From positions 4,837-68,836 of the forward strand of contig JACPEV010000013.1 in assembly GCA_016183325.1 (NCBI GenBank): a DNA stretch of 64,000 nucleotides, written 5' to 3'. A program made the position numbers and the translations under genes. The stretch comes from Candidatus Curtissbacteria bacterium (lineage in GTDB: Bacteria; Patescibacteriota; Microgenomatia; Curtissbacterales; GWA2-41-24). The notes beneath the pieces were generated by a model. It saw only the letters and a list, made by a program, of their open reading frames with translations, searched no databases and was not told the DNA's origin. This document shows positions 38,027-46,649 of the stretch, piece by piece (the stretch's first letter is position 1; each line of letters opens with the position of its first letter).

Positions 38027-39017
38027 AAAAATACTTCTGGCTGCTCCTCGCGGGTTTTGTGCGGGGGTTGATCGGGCGATTGATGTGGTCGAGGCTACCT
38101 TAGCGATTTTTGGTCCGCCAGTTTATGTTAAGCATGCGATTGTGCACAATCTGCATGTTGTTGAGGATTTGGAAGTTAAAGGAGCAGTTTTTGTTGAAGA
38201 TTTGGATGAAATTCCTCCTAAATCAGTAGTGGTTTTTAGCGCACATGGCACAGATCCAGCTATAAAGGAAGAGGCAAAGAGACGCGGCCATAAAGTTATT
38301 GACGCGACTTGTCCTTTGGTTACCAAAGTCCATTTAGAAGCGGCAAGATATGCAAGAGAAGGGTATTTCATAATTTATGTAGGTCACAGAGATCATCCTG
38401 AGCCAGTCGGAGTTTTCGGAGAGGTGCCAAAAGGCACGATGACTTTAATTGAGAATGCTGACGAAGTGTCTAAAGTCAAAATTCCACAAAATGATAAATT
38501 AGTCTATCTAACCCAAACAACTTTGTCTATTTCTGACACACGTGAGACCGTTGAAGCGCTTATGCGGCGATTTCCAAATATTATTGCGCCACCTTCCTCT
38601 GACATTTGTTATGCGACCACCAATAGGCAAGCGGCAGCAAGGGAGCTGGCCAAATTATGTGATCTAGTTTTGGTAATTGGCTCGAAAACGAGCTCGAATT
38701 CACAACGCTTGCGGGAAGTCTGCGAGGAGGAAGGAGTGAGGGCCCATCTAATTGATGACGAGACGATGATTAATTCCGACTGGTTCAAGAATGTTAAGAC
38801 TTTAGGAATCACTTCAGGAGCTTCGGTACCAGAGTATCTGGTGAGTCAGCTGGTGCAGTTTATAAAAAAGAAAAACCCGAAGGCTTCTGTTGAGAACTTG
38901 GAGATTTTGCGCGAAGAGATTAAATTCCCTTTGCCTGATGATCTAGTCGCTTTGGCAAAACAATCAGAAAAGGGTGTTGGCTGGGTTGAAAAACATAGAG
39001 TGGCTTCACAGAGATAG
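38019..39017 (+). CDS. ispH: 4-hydroxy-3-methylbut-2-enyl diphosphate reductase (LytB)
   Basis: [24 protein letters not shown], with conserved Cys residues and HNLHVV. Start set at ATG 38019. Confidence 0.9.
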   Translation: [332 protein letters not shown]

Positions 39018-39048
39018 AGGGATAGCGACAGCAAGCAACTTGATATTT

Positions 39049-39348
39049 ATGATAGAATATGGCCAAATGCAAACAAGGGTTTTAAACTATCGAATTATTA
39101 TAGAGCCGGAAAAACAAGGCAAAAAGACAGTTTATAATGCTTATTGTCCGACTTTGGGTCTTGCTGACTGGGGCGATTCCATCGATGATGCAATCAAAAA
39201 CATTAAAGCACTCATAAAATTTCATGTTGAAAGCTTGCTTGAAGAAGAGTTAGAGGTGCCCCAGGAAAATACCGCACAAGAGATTATTACTGCGACTACG
39301 GTTTCAATTCAAGGATCAGGCAGCACGCTTCATGTAGCAGTGGGATGA
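39049..39348 (+). CDS. hicB: HicB-family antitoxin
   Basis: YRIIIEPEKQGKKTVYNAYCPTLGLADWGDSIDDAIKNIKALIKFHVE is the HicB/UPF0150 pattern. The start is uncertain (39049 or 39067). Confidence 0.6.
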   Translation: MIEYGQMQTRVLNYRIIIEPEKQGKKTVYNAYCPTLGLADWGDSIDDAIKNIKALIKFHVESLLEEELEVPQENTAQEIITATTVSIQGSGSTLHVAVG

Positions 39349-39569
39349 GTGGGCTACCCCAAGTCAGACCTAAAGAGTTGGTTAGAGCACTCGAAAAAGC
39401 TGGATTTAACAAAGGACGCCAGACTGGCAGCCACGTATTTCTTAAGCACCAGGACGGAAGACTAACTTCTGTTTCTATTCATCCAAAGCCAATTCCAACA
39501 GGTACACTGCGGGCTATTTTAAGACAGACAAAAATAAAGACGGAAGACTTAAAAAAGTTGTTAAGATAA
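39345..39569 (+). CDS. hicA: HicA-family mRNA interferase toxin
   Basis: PKELVRALEKAGFNKGRQTGSHVFLKHQDGRLTSVSIHPK is the HicA/YcfA signature. Overlaps hicB by 4 nt. Confidence 0.7.
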   Translation: MSGLPQVRPKELVRALEKAGFNKGRQTGSHVFLKHQDGRLTSVSIHPKPIPTGTLRAILRQTKIKTEDLKKLLR

Positions 39570-39582
39570 AATTCTGGGGTCT

Positions 39583-39663
39583 GACGATTTGGTGTCCCTG
39601 GCCAAACAGTCGGATCAGGGAATTGCTTTGGTCGAAAAGCACAAAGTTGTCATTCAACGATAG
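39583..39663 (+). pseudogene. duplicated, diverged 3'-end fragment of ispH
   Basis: Encodes DDLVSLAKQSDQGIALVEKHKVVIQR*. The genuine IspH C-terminus (38937-39017) reads [26 protein letters not shown]. Confidence 0.6.
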
Positions 39664-39673
39664 TTTCTCAAAC

Positions 39674-40774
39674 ATGGATTTCCAGACACATCTAAAAGAT
39701 TTCTTGGCCAGTTTTGAGCCATATGCCCAAAAATATTTTCAGAACAAAATCAAAGAAGTTTCCAAATATCATCCTTTAATCGTCCAGTTTTACAAAGACC
39801 TTGCCGATTTTTCCTCCGGAGGGAAAAGAATGAGGGCGTTTTTAGTTTATCTTGGATATTTGATAGGAACTCATCTGCGGTTCAACCCCTCTGATGGGTT
39901 GAACCTCCAAAAGGATTTTCAAAAAATTTTGCCGATTGCCTTGGCGATTGAGATCATTCACAGTTTCCTTTTAATTCACGATGACATTATCGATAAATCA
40001 GACATGCGGCATGGAGCGCCGACTATCCATAGGCGCTATGAGAAGCTAGTTGGTAGCCCGCCTGCCGTCCGCCTGAGGGACGAGGCGGGTCATTACGGAT
40101 TAAGTCAAGCCATCCTGCTTGGTGATATTGCTTGTTTTGAGGCGTTTAGTTTAATTAATTCGTCGTCTTTTGATAATGATCTTAAGGTAATTTGCCAAGG
40201 ACAACTTATTAAAACTCTTTTGAATACCGGATACGGAGAAGCTCTGGACGTTGAGGCACCTTACAGAGGGGCGACGTTAGCGCAGATTAGACAGGTAATG
40301 GACCTCAAGACGGCAAGATATAGTTTTGTGGGACCGCTGAGCTTGGGAGCAATTTTGGGAGGGGCAGGGAAAGAACAGATTAGCAGTTTGACTAAGTTTG
40401 GACTCTCTTGTGGGATGGCGTTTCAACTCAAAGATGATATCCTCGGAGTTTTTGGTGATGAGAAGGTTACAGGGAAGCCAATGGATTTCTCGGAAGGGAA
40501 AAATACAATGCTTATTTATAAAACTTATGAGCTTGTAAATGCAAAAGAAAAAGCATATTTAAAGAAAATTTGGGGGAACAAAAACGCAAATTCTGGAGAT
40601 TTAAAGCGAGTTGGGCAAATAATTAGGGATTGTGGAGCTTTGGCATGGTGTGAGAAGGAACAAGTGAAACTGGCGAATGCGGCAAAAAAGGTTATTTTTG
40701 ATATAACAAATGATAAAGAATTACAAATTATCTTTGAGCAAATTGCAGATTTCGTAATAGGCAGAGAAAAGTAA
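39674..40774 (+). CDS. polyprenyl diphosphate synthase (trans-isoprenyl diphosphate synthase, FPP/GGPP-type)
   Basis: First Asp-rich motif LIHDDIIDKSDMRHG and second motif FQLKDDILGVFGDE. Confidence 0.85.
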   Translation: MDFQTHLKDFLASFEPYAQKYFQNKIKEVSKYHPLIVQFYKDLADFSSGGKRMRAFLVYLGYLIGTHLRFNPSDGLNLQKDFQKILPIALAIEIIHSFLLIHDDIIDKSDMRHGAPTIHRRYEKLVGSPPAVRLRDEAGHYGLSQAILLGDIACFEAFSLINSSSFDNDLKVICQGQLIKTLLNTGYGEALDVEAPYRGATLAQIRQVMDLKTARYSFVGPLSLGAILGGAGKEQISSLTKFGLSCGMAFQLKDDILGVFGDEKVTGKPMDFSEGKNTMLIYKTYELVNAKEKAYLKKIWGNKNANSGDLKRVGQIIRDCGALAWCEKEQVKLANAAKKVIFDITNDKELQIIFEQIADFVIGREK

Positions 40775-40881
40775 CACAACCCCCCGCCGAATTTAACAAA
40801 GGGTGGGTTGAAAAAGAAGTCTTTTTGCGATATCCTTTTGATTAACCCTCAAGTGGGCATTGTATTGTTTGGCAAAAATTA

Positions 40882-41571
40882 ATGAGTAAGACGATTCCCG
40901 AACATGTAGTTATAATTCCTGATGGAAATCGACGTTGGGCCAAAAAACACGGCCTGGCGCCAATAGAAGGGCATAAAAAGGGTCTGGAGACAGCACTTTC
41001 AGTGGTTCGCGGTTCAAGAGACCTGGGTGTGAAGATTTTAACCCTTTGGGGTTTTTCGACTGAAAATTGGCGCAGACCTTCAATGGAAGTTGGTTATTTA
41101 ATGAAACTTTACACTGTGTTTTTTAAGAAACATACGAAGGAATTAATGCGGGAAGGAGTAAAATTTAACTGGCTAGGACGAAGGGATCGAGTGCCAAAGA
41201 CACTAAGACGAATTCTTGAAAAGATCGAGGCAGAGACTGAAAAGAACACTCGCTATATCCTTAATATTTGTTTAGATTACGGCGGAAGAGAAGAGTTAAT
41301 TGGTGTTTTTAAAAAACTTTTAAATCGTAAGATAAAGCCTTCACAGATTAACGAGCAGTTGATTTCCACAAATTTGCAGACGACTGGACTACCAGACCCG
41401 GATCTTTTGATTAGAACTTCGGGAGAAATGAGAACTAGCGGGATCATGCCATGGCAGACAATTTATACAGAGCTTTTCTTTTCTAAAGCTTATTTCCCAG
41501 ATTTTTCATTGGCGGAGCTTAAGCGAGCAATTGGTGATTTTGCCAGGCGCCAGAGACGATTTGGAGAATAG
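40882..41571 (+). CDS. uppS: undecaprenyl (cis-prenyl) diphosphate synthase
   Basis: VIIPDGNRRWAKK...LTLWGFSTENWRRP...IRTSGEMRTSG are UppS signatures. Confidence 0.9.
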   Translation: MSKTIPEHVVIIPDGNRRWAKKHGLAPIEGHKKGLETALSVVRGSRDLGVKILTLWGFSTENWRRPSMEVGYLMKLYTVFFKKHTKELMREGVKFNWLGRRDRVPKTLRRILEKIEAETEKNTRYILNICLDYGGREELIGVFKKLLNRKIKPSQINEQLISTNLQTTGLPDPDLLIRTSGEMRTSGIMPWQTIYTELFFSKAYFPDFSLAELKRAIGDFARRQRRFGE

Positions 41572-41655
41572 AAGTCAAAAAAAAGTATCACAAGTATCAA
41601 AGGTATCACAAGTACCACAAGCTTAGAAATATAAGCACTTGATAAGCCAATTCCC

Positions 41656-42093
41656 ATGAAGAAAAAGTTTAATAACGAGCCTTATGCCCGTCGAATCGAA
41701 AAGCCTTGGGGGTGGGAGATCCACTTTGTGCCTGACGATAAACCGTATATGGGGAAAATTCTTCATTTGAACGCTGGTGCAAGGCTTTCTTTGCAATATC
41801 ACGACGAGAAACTAGAAAGTTGGTTTTTACTGCGCGGGCGAGCGAAGCTCATTTGGGATGATGAGAATGGGAATCTTGTTGAGTTGGAACTTGAAACTGG
41901 AAAGGGTTACAGTTGTGAGGTTGGGCAAAGACATAGATTTGCAGGGATAACTGATTGTGACGTGATTGAAGTATCGACGCCGGAGATTGGGAAAACTTAC
42001 CGGCTTGATGATGACTATAATCGAGCCGGTCAAACAGAAGACGAAGCAGAGAGAGAACGCAGGAATAAGGGAATTCTGATAACTGATAAATGA
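41656..42093 (+). CDS. cupin-domain protein (mannose-6-phosphate isomerase-like small cupin)
   Basis: EKPWGWE...LSLQYHDEK...GQRHRF. The His/Glu metal ligands sit in a cupin arrangement. Confidence 0.6.
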   Translation: MKKKFNNEPYARRIEKPWGWEIHFVPDDKPYMGKILHLNAGARLSLQYHDEKLESWFLLRGRAKLIWDDENGNLVELELETGKGYSCEVGQRHRFAGITDCDVIEVSTPEIGKTYRLDDDYNRAGQTEDEAERERRNKGILITDK

Positions 42094-42208
42094 TCATCGA
42101 ACTCGAACCCGTATCGAGCTAGGAAAAAAGCTTGAAACGATATGGGATCGTCAAGCGTTAGACATTTTATTCAATGATCATGGAACAAAATGTTGATGGA
42201 ATTAATAG

Positions 42209-42820
42209 ATGAAGGACTTTACGCTTAAACATTATGCATCAAGAACTCACGAAAAAATGCGGGAGGTTCTGATGGATCCTAATGCAGTAGGGCCGGAGAT
42301 TCATTATCACATGGTGCGGGGAGGGACTGACCAGCGAAATATTACGACTTGGGAGCCGGGAACTGTTGGTGGGGAGTATATAAAAACATATGGGCATTAT
42401 CATGTTGGCAAGTTGGATGAGACGTATTGGGTGATATTTGGAGAAGGGGTGGTTTTGGTACAAAAGAGAGCCGTAGGAGTTGATGGAAGCCCAATCGACG
42501 ATGAAATAGAGCAAGCTTATGCTGTTCATGTTCGTCCGGGTGATGCATTGTTTATCCCTGCCGAGTGGGGACATTTGGTGGCTAATATCTCCAAGACGTT
42601 CTTTGTGACAGCTGATGACTCTCCGGTAAATTTTGATGAATCTAATCCTGTCTCTTTGCCGGGGCATGCGGATTATGAAGCTGTGAAGCGAATGCAAGGG
42701 TTTTGTTATTACATTGTAGAGAAAGGCGGAAAGCCTGCCTTGGTTAAGAATCCCAAGTACAAAAAGGTGCCTGAACTTGAAATTATCGAAGCTAAGGATT
42801 ACCCTTTGTCAAAGGACTAG
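42209..42820 (+). CDS. cupin-type glucose-6-phosphate isomerase (archaeal-type cPGI)-like
   Basis: TVGGEYIKTYGHYH...GEGVVLVQ...HVRPGDALFIPAEWGH resembles the cPGI motifs TxGxEYxKTxGHYH and xPxxxxH. Confidence 0.45.
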   Translation: MKDFTLKHYASRTHEKMREVLMDPNAVGPEIHYHMVRGGTDQRNITTWEPGTVGGEYIKTYGHYHVGKLDETYWVIFGEGVVLVQKRAVGVDGSPIDDEIEQAYAVHVRPGDALFIPAEWGHLVANISKTFFVTADDSPVNFDESNPVSLPGHADYEAVKRMQGFCYYIVEKGGKPALVKNPKYKKVPELEIIEAKDYPLSKD

Positions 42821-43238
42821 ACCAATTTCCTATATTAGGCTTACGAGCTTCCAATAAATCATGAAACAAAGTTCTCCTAAATTCAGTCTCAGCTTTTGGC
42901 ATGGGCTTGGGCCAATGATGAATTCTATAGGCCAAAGCAAGAGCAATTTCAGCTTGCCTTTTTTTTGCAAGCAAATATTTGAGCAGAGGTTTAAGAACAG
43001 GTATGACGTGAGTTCCAGTTACGCGCCACTTAGTTACAGGCAAATTTCTACCTCTTATCAACTCTGGCCAATAACTACCTCCGAATGTTTTCTGGAGAAG
43101 TTGCATTGGCTCTATATCCGTCATTCCTACTTCTACCATCGGTTTAAATTGATCTTTGCCATATTGAAAAGTTTTTCTTATAGAAATACAACCTTCGCCG
43201 TCAATAAGACCTGCGAGATAAGCATAAACAGTTTTCAT
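42792..43238 (-). CDS. free-standing LAGLIDADG-family homing endonuclease-like protein
   Basis: N-terminal YLAGLIDGEGCISI, a single LAGLIDADG motif of the homodimer type. Confidence 0.7.
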   Translation of the reverse strand: MKTVYAYLAGLIDGEGCISIRKTFQYGKDQFKPMVEVGMTDIEPMQLLQKTFGGSYWPELIRGRNLPVTKWRVTGTHVIPVLKPLLKYLLAKKRQAEIALALAYRIHHWPKPMPKAETEFRRTLFHDLLEARKPNIGNWSSPLTKGNP

Positions 43239-43336
43239 TTTAACTTGTGAGTTATATTATAAAAAATAATACCCGAATGAAACACGAATGTCAAATATAA
43301 ACATAATCACCATATTTAACTATAAAGGAGGTTAAG

Positions 43337-45151
43337 ATTTGCGGGATTTTTGGTTACGTTGGTAAACAGCGTGACGCTGCAAAGATTGTTTTTGAGGGTC
43401 TTAAGCGGCTTGAATACCGCGGTTATGATTCGTGGGGAATAGTTGCGGTGAGTGGAAAGTTGAAAGTTGAGAGTGGAAAATTATTAGTAGAAAAGCATGT
43501 GGGGAAAATCGGCAATTCAACTCTCAATTCTCAACTCTCAATTCTCAAATCAAGTATAGCTCTTGGCCACACGCGCTGGGCGACGCACGGGGGAGTGACT
43601 AAGGAGAATGCCCATCCACATTTAGATTGCAGCGGAAATTTGGCTTTGGTTCATAACGGCATTGTCGAAAATTATCAAGAGCTTAAAAAAAGCCTCAAAA
43701 AAAAGCATAAATTTAAATCTCAGACGGATTCGGAAGTGATAGTACACATGATCGAGGAATTGAGAGGCTTAATCTCTTCTAAGGTTGAACCTTCAACAAA
43801 GGTTCAACCTTTAAAAGATACTGTCAGGAAAGTGTTTTTGAAACTCACAGGACTTAACGCTATTGTAGTGATGAATGATGGAGAACTGGTTGTTGCTAAG
43901 AACGGATCTCCTTTAGTTTTGGGGATAGGCAGTGGTGAGTATTTAGTAGCTTCTGATGCGGCGGCGCTTTTGCCTCACACAAATAAAGTTATTTTCCTGC
44001 GAGACAACCAGATGGCAGAAATAACGGATAGTGGAGTAAATATTTTTGATATAGCCTCAGATGAGGCAGTAACACCAAAAGTAGAAATACTAAATTGGAA
44101 AATTGAAGAAGCAAATCTTGGAGGCCATAAACACTTCATGATCAAAGAAATTTACGAGCAGCCAAAGGTTATCAGGAACATATCAGAAACTTATATAGAC
44201 CAAATAAGTGATCTTTGTAAGGTAATCGAGAAAGCTCATGGCACATTTTTTATTGGGGCTGGAACCGCATTTAATGCTTGTCTTGCCGGGGCGTATCTTT
44301 TTTCAAAGATTGCAAAAGCGCATGTAAATACGATTGTCGCTTCCGAATTTAATTATCTGGAGCATTTTTTACATAAAGAAACTTTGGTGATTGCTCTTTC
44401 ACAATCCGGGGAAACAATCGACGTTATTGAGCCCTTGAAAAGGGCAAAAGAAAAAGGTGCCAAGATTGTGGCGATTGTAAATAATTTGGGCTCGACGATT
44501 TGGCAAATGGCAGATTATAAATTGTTACTTGGTGCCGGAGTTGAGATGGCGGTTGCTTCAACAAAAGCTTATGTTTCTAAACTTTCTGTTTTAATCTTGA
44601 TTGCATATGGACTCGTGAATAGACTGGACGAGGGAAGAAAATTGCTTGCAGAGGCTGCTGATGAGGTTGAAAGACTATTGTTCGAGGAAGTGGAAAACAT
44701 AAAAAAAATCGCAAAAATTTTAGCAGTCCACGATCATATTTTTACCATTGGTCGAGGACTTTCGTATCAAACGGCCCTTGAGGCTGCTTTGAAGATGAAA
44801 GAGGTTAGTTATATTCATACGGAAGGATTGGCTGGAGGAGAGCTGAAGCACGGGCCGATTGCATTAATTTCAAAAGGGACGCCGTGCGTTGTTTTTGCAC
44901 CAAACGATGAGACACATGAGGCAATTATTTCTAACGCCACCGAGATTAAAGCAAGAGGCGGGTTGATTATCGGGGTTGGGTCAAAAAAGTCAGAAGTGTT
45001 TGACGAATGGGTCCAAGTGCGAGATTTAGGGGACGCTTCTATAATTTGCAATGTTATTCCAGCACAGCTATTTGGTTATTTTTTGGCGATTGAGAAAGGT
45101 TTGGACCCGGATAAGCCAAGAAATTTAGCAAAGTCAGTCACTGTGAAATAA
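43337..45151 (+). CDS. glmS: glutamine--fructose-6-phosphate aminotransferase, apparently initiating at ATT
   Basis: Frame reads (I)CGIFGYVGKQRDAAKIVFEGLKRLEYRGYDSWGIV, with the Ntn Cys directly after the initiator, plus two SIS domains and C-terminal ...KSVTVK. AAGGAGG sits 5 nt upstream of ATT 43337. The nearest in-frame ATG (43448) would delete the catalytic Cys. Two in-frame simple-repeat inserts at 43450-43550. Confidence 0.8.
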   Translation: MCGIFGYVGKQRDAAKIVFEGLKRLEYRGYDSWGIVAVSGKLKVESGKLLVEKHVGKIGNSTLNSQLSILKSSIALGHTRWATHGGVTKENAHPHLDCSGNLALVHNGIVENYQELKKSLKKKHKFKSQTDSEVIVHMIEELRGLISSKVEPSTKVQPLKDTVRKVFLKLTGLNAIVVMNDGELVVAKNGSPLVLGIGSGEYLVASDAAALLPHTNKVIFLRDNQMAEITDSGVNIFDIASDEAVTPKVEILNWKIEEANLGGHKHFMIKEIYEQPKVIRNISETYIDQISDLCKVIEKAHGTFFIGAGTAFNACLAGAYLFSKIAKAHVNTIVASEFNYLEHFLHKETLVIALSQSGETIDVIEPLKRAKEKGAKIVAIVNNLGSTIWQMADYKLLLGAGVEMAVASTKAYVSKLSVLILIAYGLVNRLDEGRKLLAEAADEVERLLFEEVENIKKIAKILAVHDHIFTIGRGLSYQTALEAALKMKEVSYIHTEGLAGGELKHGPIALISKGTPCVVFAPNDETHEAIISNATEIKARGGLIIGVGSKKSEVFDEWVQVRDLGDASIICNVIPAQLFGYFLAIEKGLDPDKPRNLAKSVTVK

Positions 45152-45172
45152 ATTTCTTGTCTTGCGGTCCTC

Positions 45173-45196
45173 CCCCGCCCTTCGCGAAAGGCGGGG
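45173..45196 (+). terminator. GC-rich hairpin downstream of glmS (possible terminator)
   Basis: ccccgcc cttcgcgaaag gcgggg. There is no clear U-tract. Confidence 0.25.
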
Positions 45197-45298
45197 TGCG
45201 GGCCTAAAACCACGGAACATTGCGAAGAGTGTGACGGTTAAGTGATTGCGTTTATCGTTTATGGTTTATTGTTTATCGCACGAGTTTCGCACATGATG

Positions 45299-45384
45299 TC
45301 ATCCTGGAGCGAAGTGAAACGAAGCGATAGGATCTACTTTAAGAATTAAGATTCTATCGTGGTCGTTGCCACTCCAGAATGACA
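45299..45384 (+). repeat. palindromic element family A, copy A2, intergenic and itself nested in a second inverted repeat
   Basis: gtcatcctggagcgaagtgaaacgaagcgataggatc...gattctatcgtggtcgttgccactccagaatgac. Flanked by cacgagtttcgc (45281-45298) and gcgaaactcgtg (about 45404-45415). Confidence 0.8.
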
Positions 45385-45464
45385 GATGAAAGTAGTTTAG
45401 TGCGAAACTCGTGTATCGTTTGGTTTGGCAATGAACGATTAACAATTTACGATTAACTGTACAA

Positions 45465-46058
45465 ATGAAACTTGGAGCTAAACAATTAAGAGTGAGTGAA
45501 CCAAGCGAAGCTGATCTTAAAAAGATCAAACGGCGGGAGGTTTATATTATTTGTGACAATGTTTTGGATACTTATAATATCGGATCGATATTTCGCTTGG
45601 CGGATGCTCTGGCAGTTAAGTGCGTTTATCTGTGTGGTGGATCGGAAACTCCTCCAAATGCTCGGATTGCTAAGGCCAGTGTGGGGACTGATAAGTGGGT
45701 ACCATGGCAATATAGAGCAACAGCGGTCGAGGCGATTTTGGATCTCCGGTCCCGTCATTCTGGAGGGAGTGAAACGACCGATAGAATCTCAAGAGATCCT
45801 ATCGCTTCGCTCCAGGATGACAGGATAGGAATCAAGGTAGTTGCAATAGAGCAGAGCAAAAATAGTCAAGACTTTAGGAAAGTGGAGTATACAGAGCCCG
45901 TGGCTTTTGTGGTTGGGCATGAAACAGGAGGGGTATCAAAAGAAGCTTTGAAGATGGCGGATCAAATCGTGGAGATACCGATGTTTGGTATAAACCGATC
46001 ACTTAACGTTATGGTTTCTCTGGCTATTGTTTTGTATCAAGCCGTAGTAATGGATTAA
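45465..46058 (+). CDS. SpoU/TrmH-family RNA 2'-O-methyltransferase (SPOUT)
   Basis: VVGHETGGVSKEALKMADQIVEIPMFGINRSLNVMVSLAIVLYQ are SPOUT motifs 2-3. An in-frame family-A palindrome lies at 45754-45821. Confidence 0.7.
   Translation: MKLGAKQLRVSEPSEADLKKIKRREVYIICDNVLDTYNIGSIFRLADALAVKCVYLCGGSETPPNARIAKASVGTDKWVPWQYRATAVEAILDLRSRHSGGSETTDRISRDPIASLQDDRIGIKVVAIEQSKNSQDFRKVEYTEPVAFVVGHETGGVSKEALKMADQIVEIPMFGINRSLNVMVSLAIVLYQAVVMD
45754..45821 (+). repeat. palindromic element family A, copy A3, in-frame within the SpoU methyltransferase gene
   Basis: gtcattctggagggagtgaaacgaccgatagaatc tcaagagatc ctatcgcttcgctccaggatgac, translated as RHSGGSETTDRISRDPIASLQDDR. The reading frame differs from copy A1. 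Confidence 0.8.
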
Positions 46059-46060
46059 TC

Positions 46061-46594
46061 TCAATTGGGACTGATGGTATAACTAACTGTATTTGTTGAA
46101 ATGGGGCAAACGGTAGTATTTTGGGTTGGGTCTTTTTGGGAATCGTTTTGATTTTCAAGACAGGCAACTATTGAATAACCAGTGCAGGCGTTTGGCCCGC
46201 AGCTTGCGGGAGTTGGAGTGTAAGTATAAGCTGATCCGGTTTTGGGATCCTTTGGAACAGCTTTTATATAAGGATTTGATGCTGGGGAAAGATCCGGATT
46301 GGTCGAGGTTCCGGTTATGCCACAACTGCCTGAAACGTAAGTATCACAACTTGGATAATAATAGGCACCGGCGGTGTCTTGTCTGGCAAGCTCCAGAGCT
46401 TTTTTGGCGGCATCAAGATCTGTTTTGCGCCGGGAATCACGGCTTCTGGCTTGTGCTCCGCTGAAAGAGGCAACTGAAATTGTAGCTAAAATGCCGATAA
46501 TCGCGATAATGACTAATAATTCAATAAGAGTGAAGCCAGTGCGCCTTTGGCGCAAGTGATGAGTGATGAGTGATGAGTGATGAGTCGTGGGCAT
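46061..46594 (-). CDS. type IV pilin / pseudopilin (prepilin-type N-terminal methylation domain)
   Basis: GFTLIELLVIIAIIGILATISVASFSGAQARSRD is the class III signal and hydrophobic helix. A His-rich leader is encoded by (catcactcat) repeats. Confidence 0.75.
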   Translation of the reverse strand: MPTTHHSSLITHHLRQRRTGFTLIELLVIIAIIGILATISVASFSGAQARSRDSRRKTDLDAAKKALELARQDTAGAYYYPSCDTYVSGSCGITGTSTNPDLSPASNPYIKAVPKDPKTGSAYTYTPTPASCGPNACTGYSIVACLENQNDSQKDPTQNTTVCPISTNTVSYTISPN

Positions 46595-46649
46595 TAATCT
46601 AAGGATAAAAGATTATATAGATGTTGTCAAAGAAGAAGAAAAAGAATGC

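Noticed and set aside
39623-39673. Upstream extension of the prenyl synthase ORF (MLWSKSTKLSFNDSFSN)
   Set aside because: It overlaps the duplicated ispH 3' fragment in another frame. The conserved protein begins at MDFQTH (39674).
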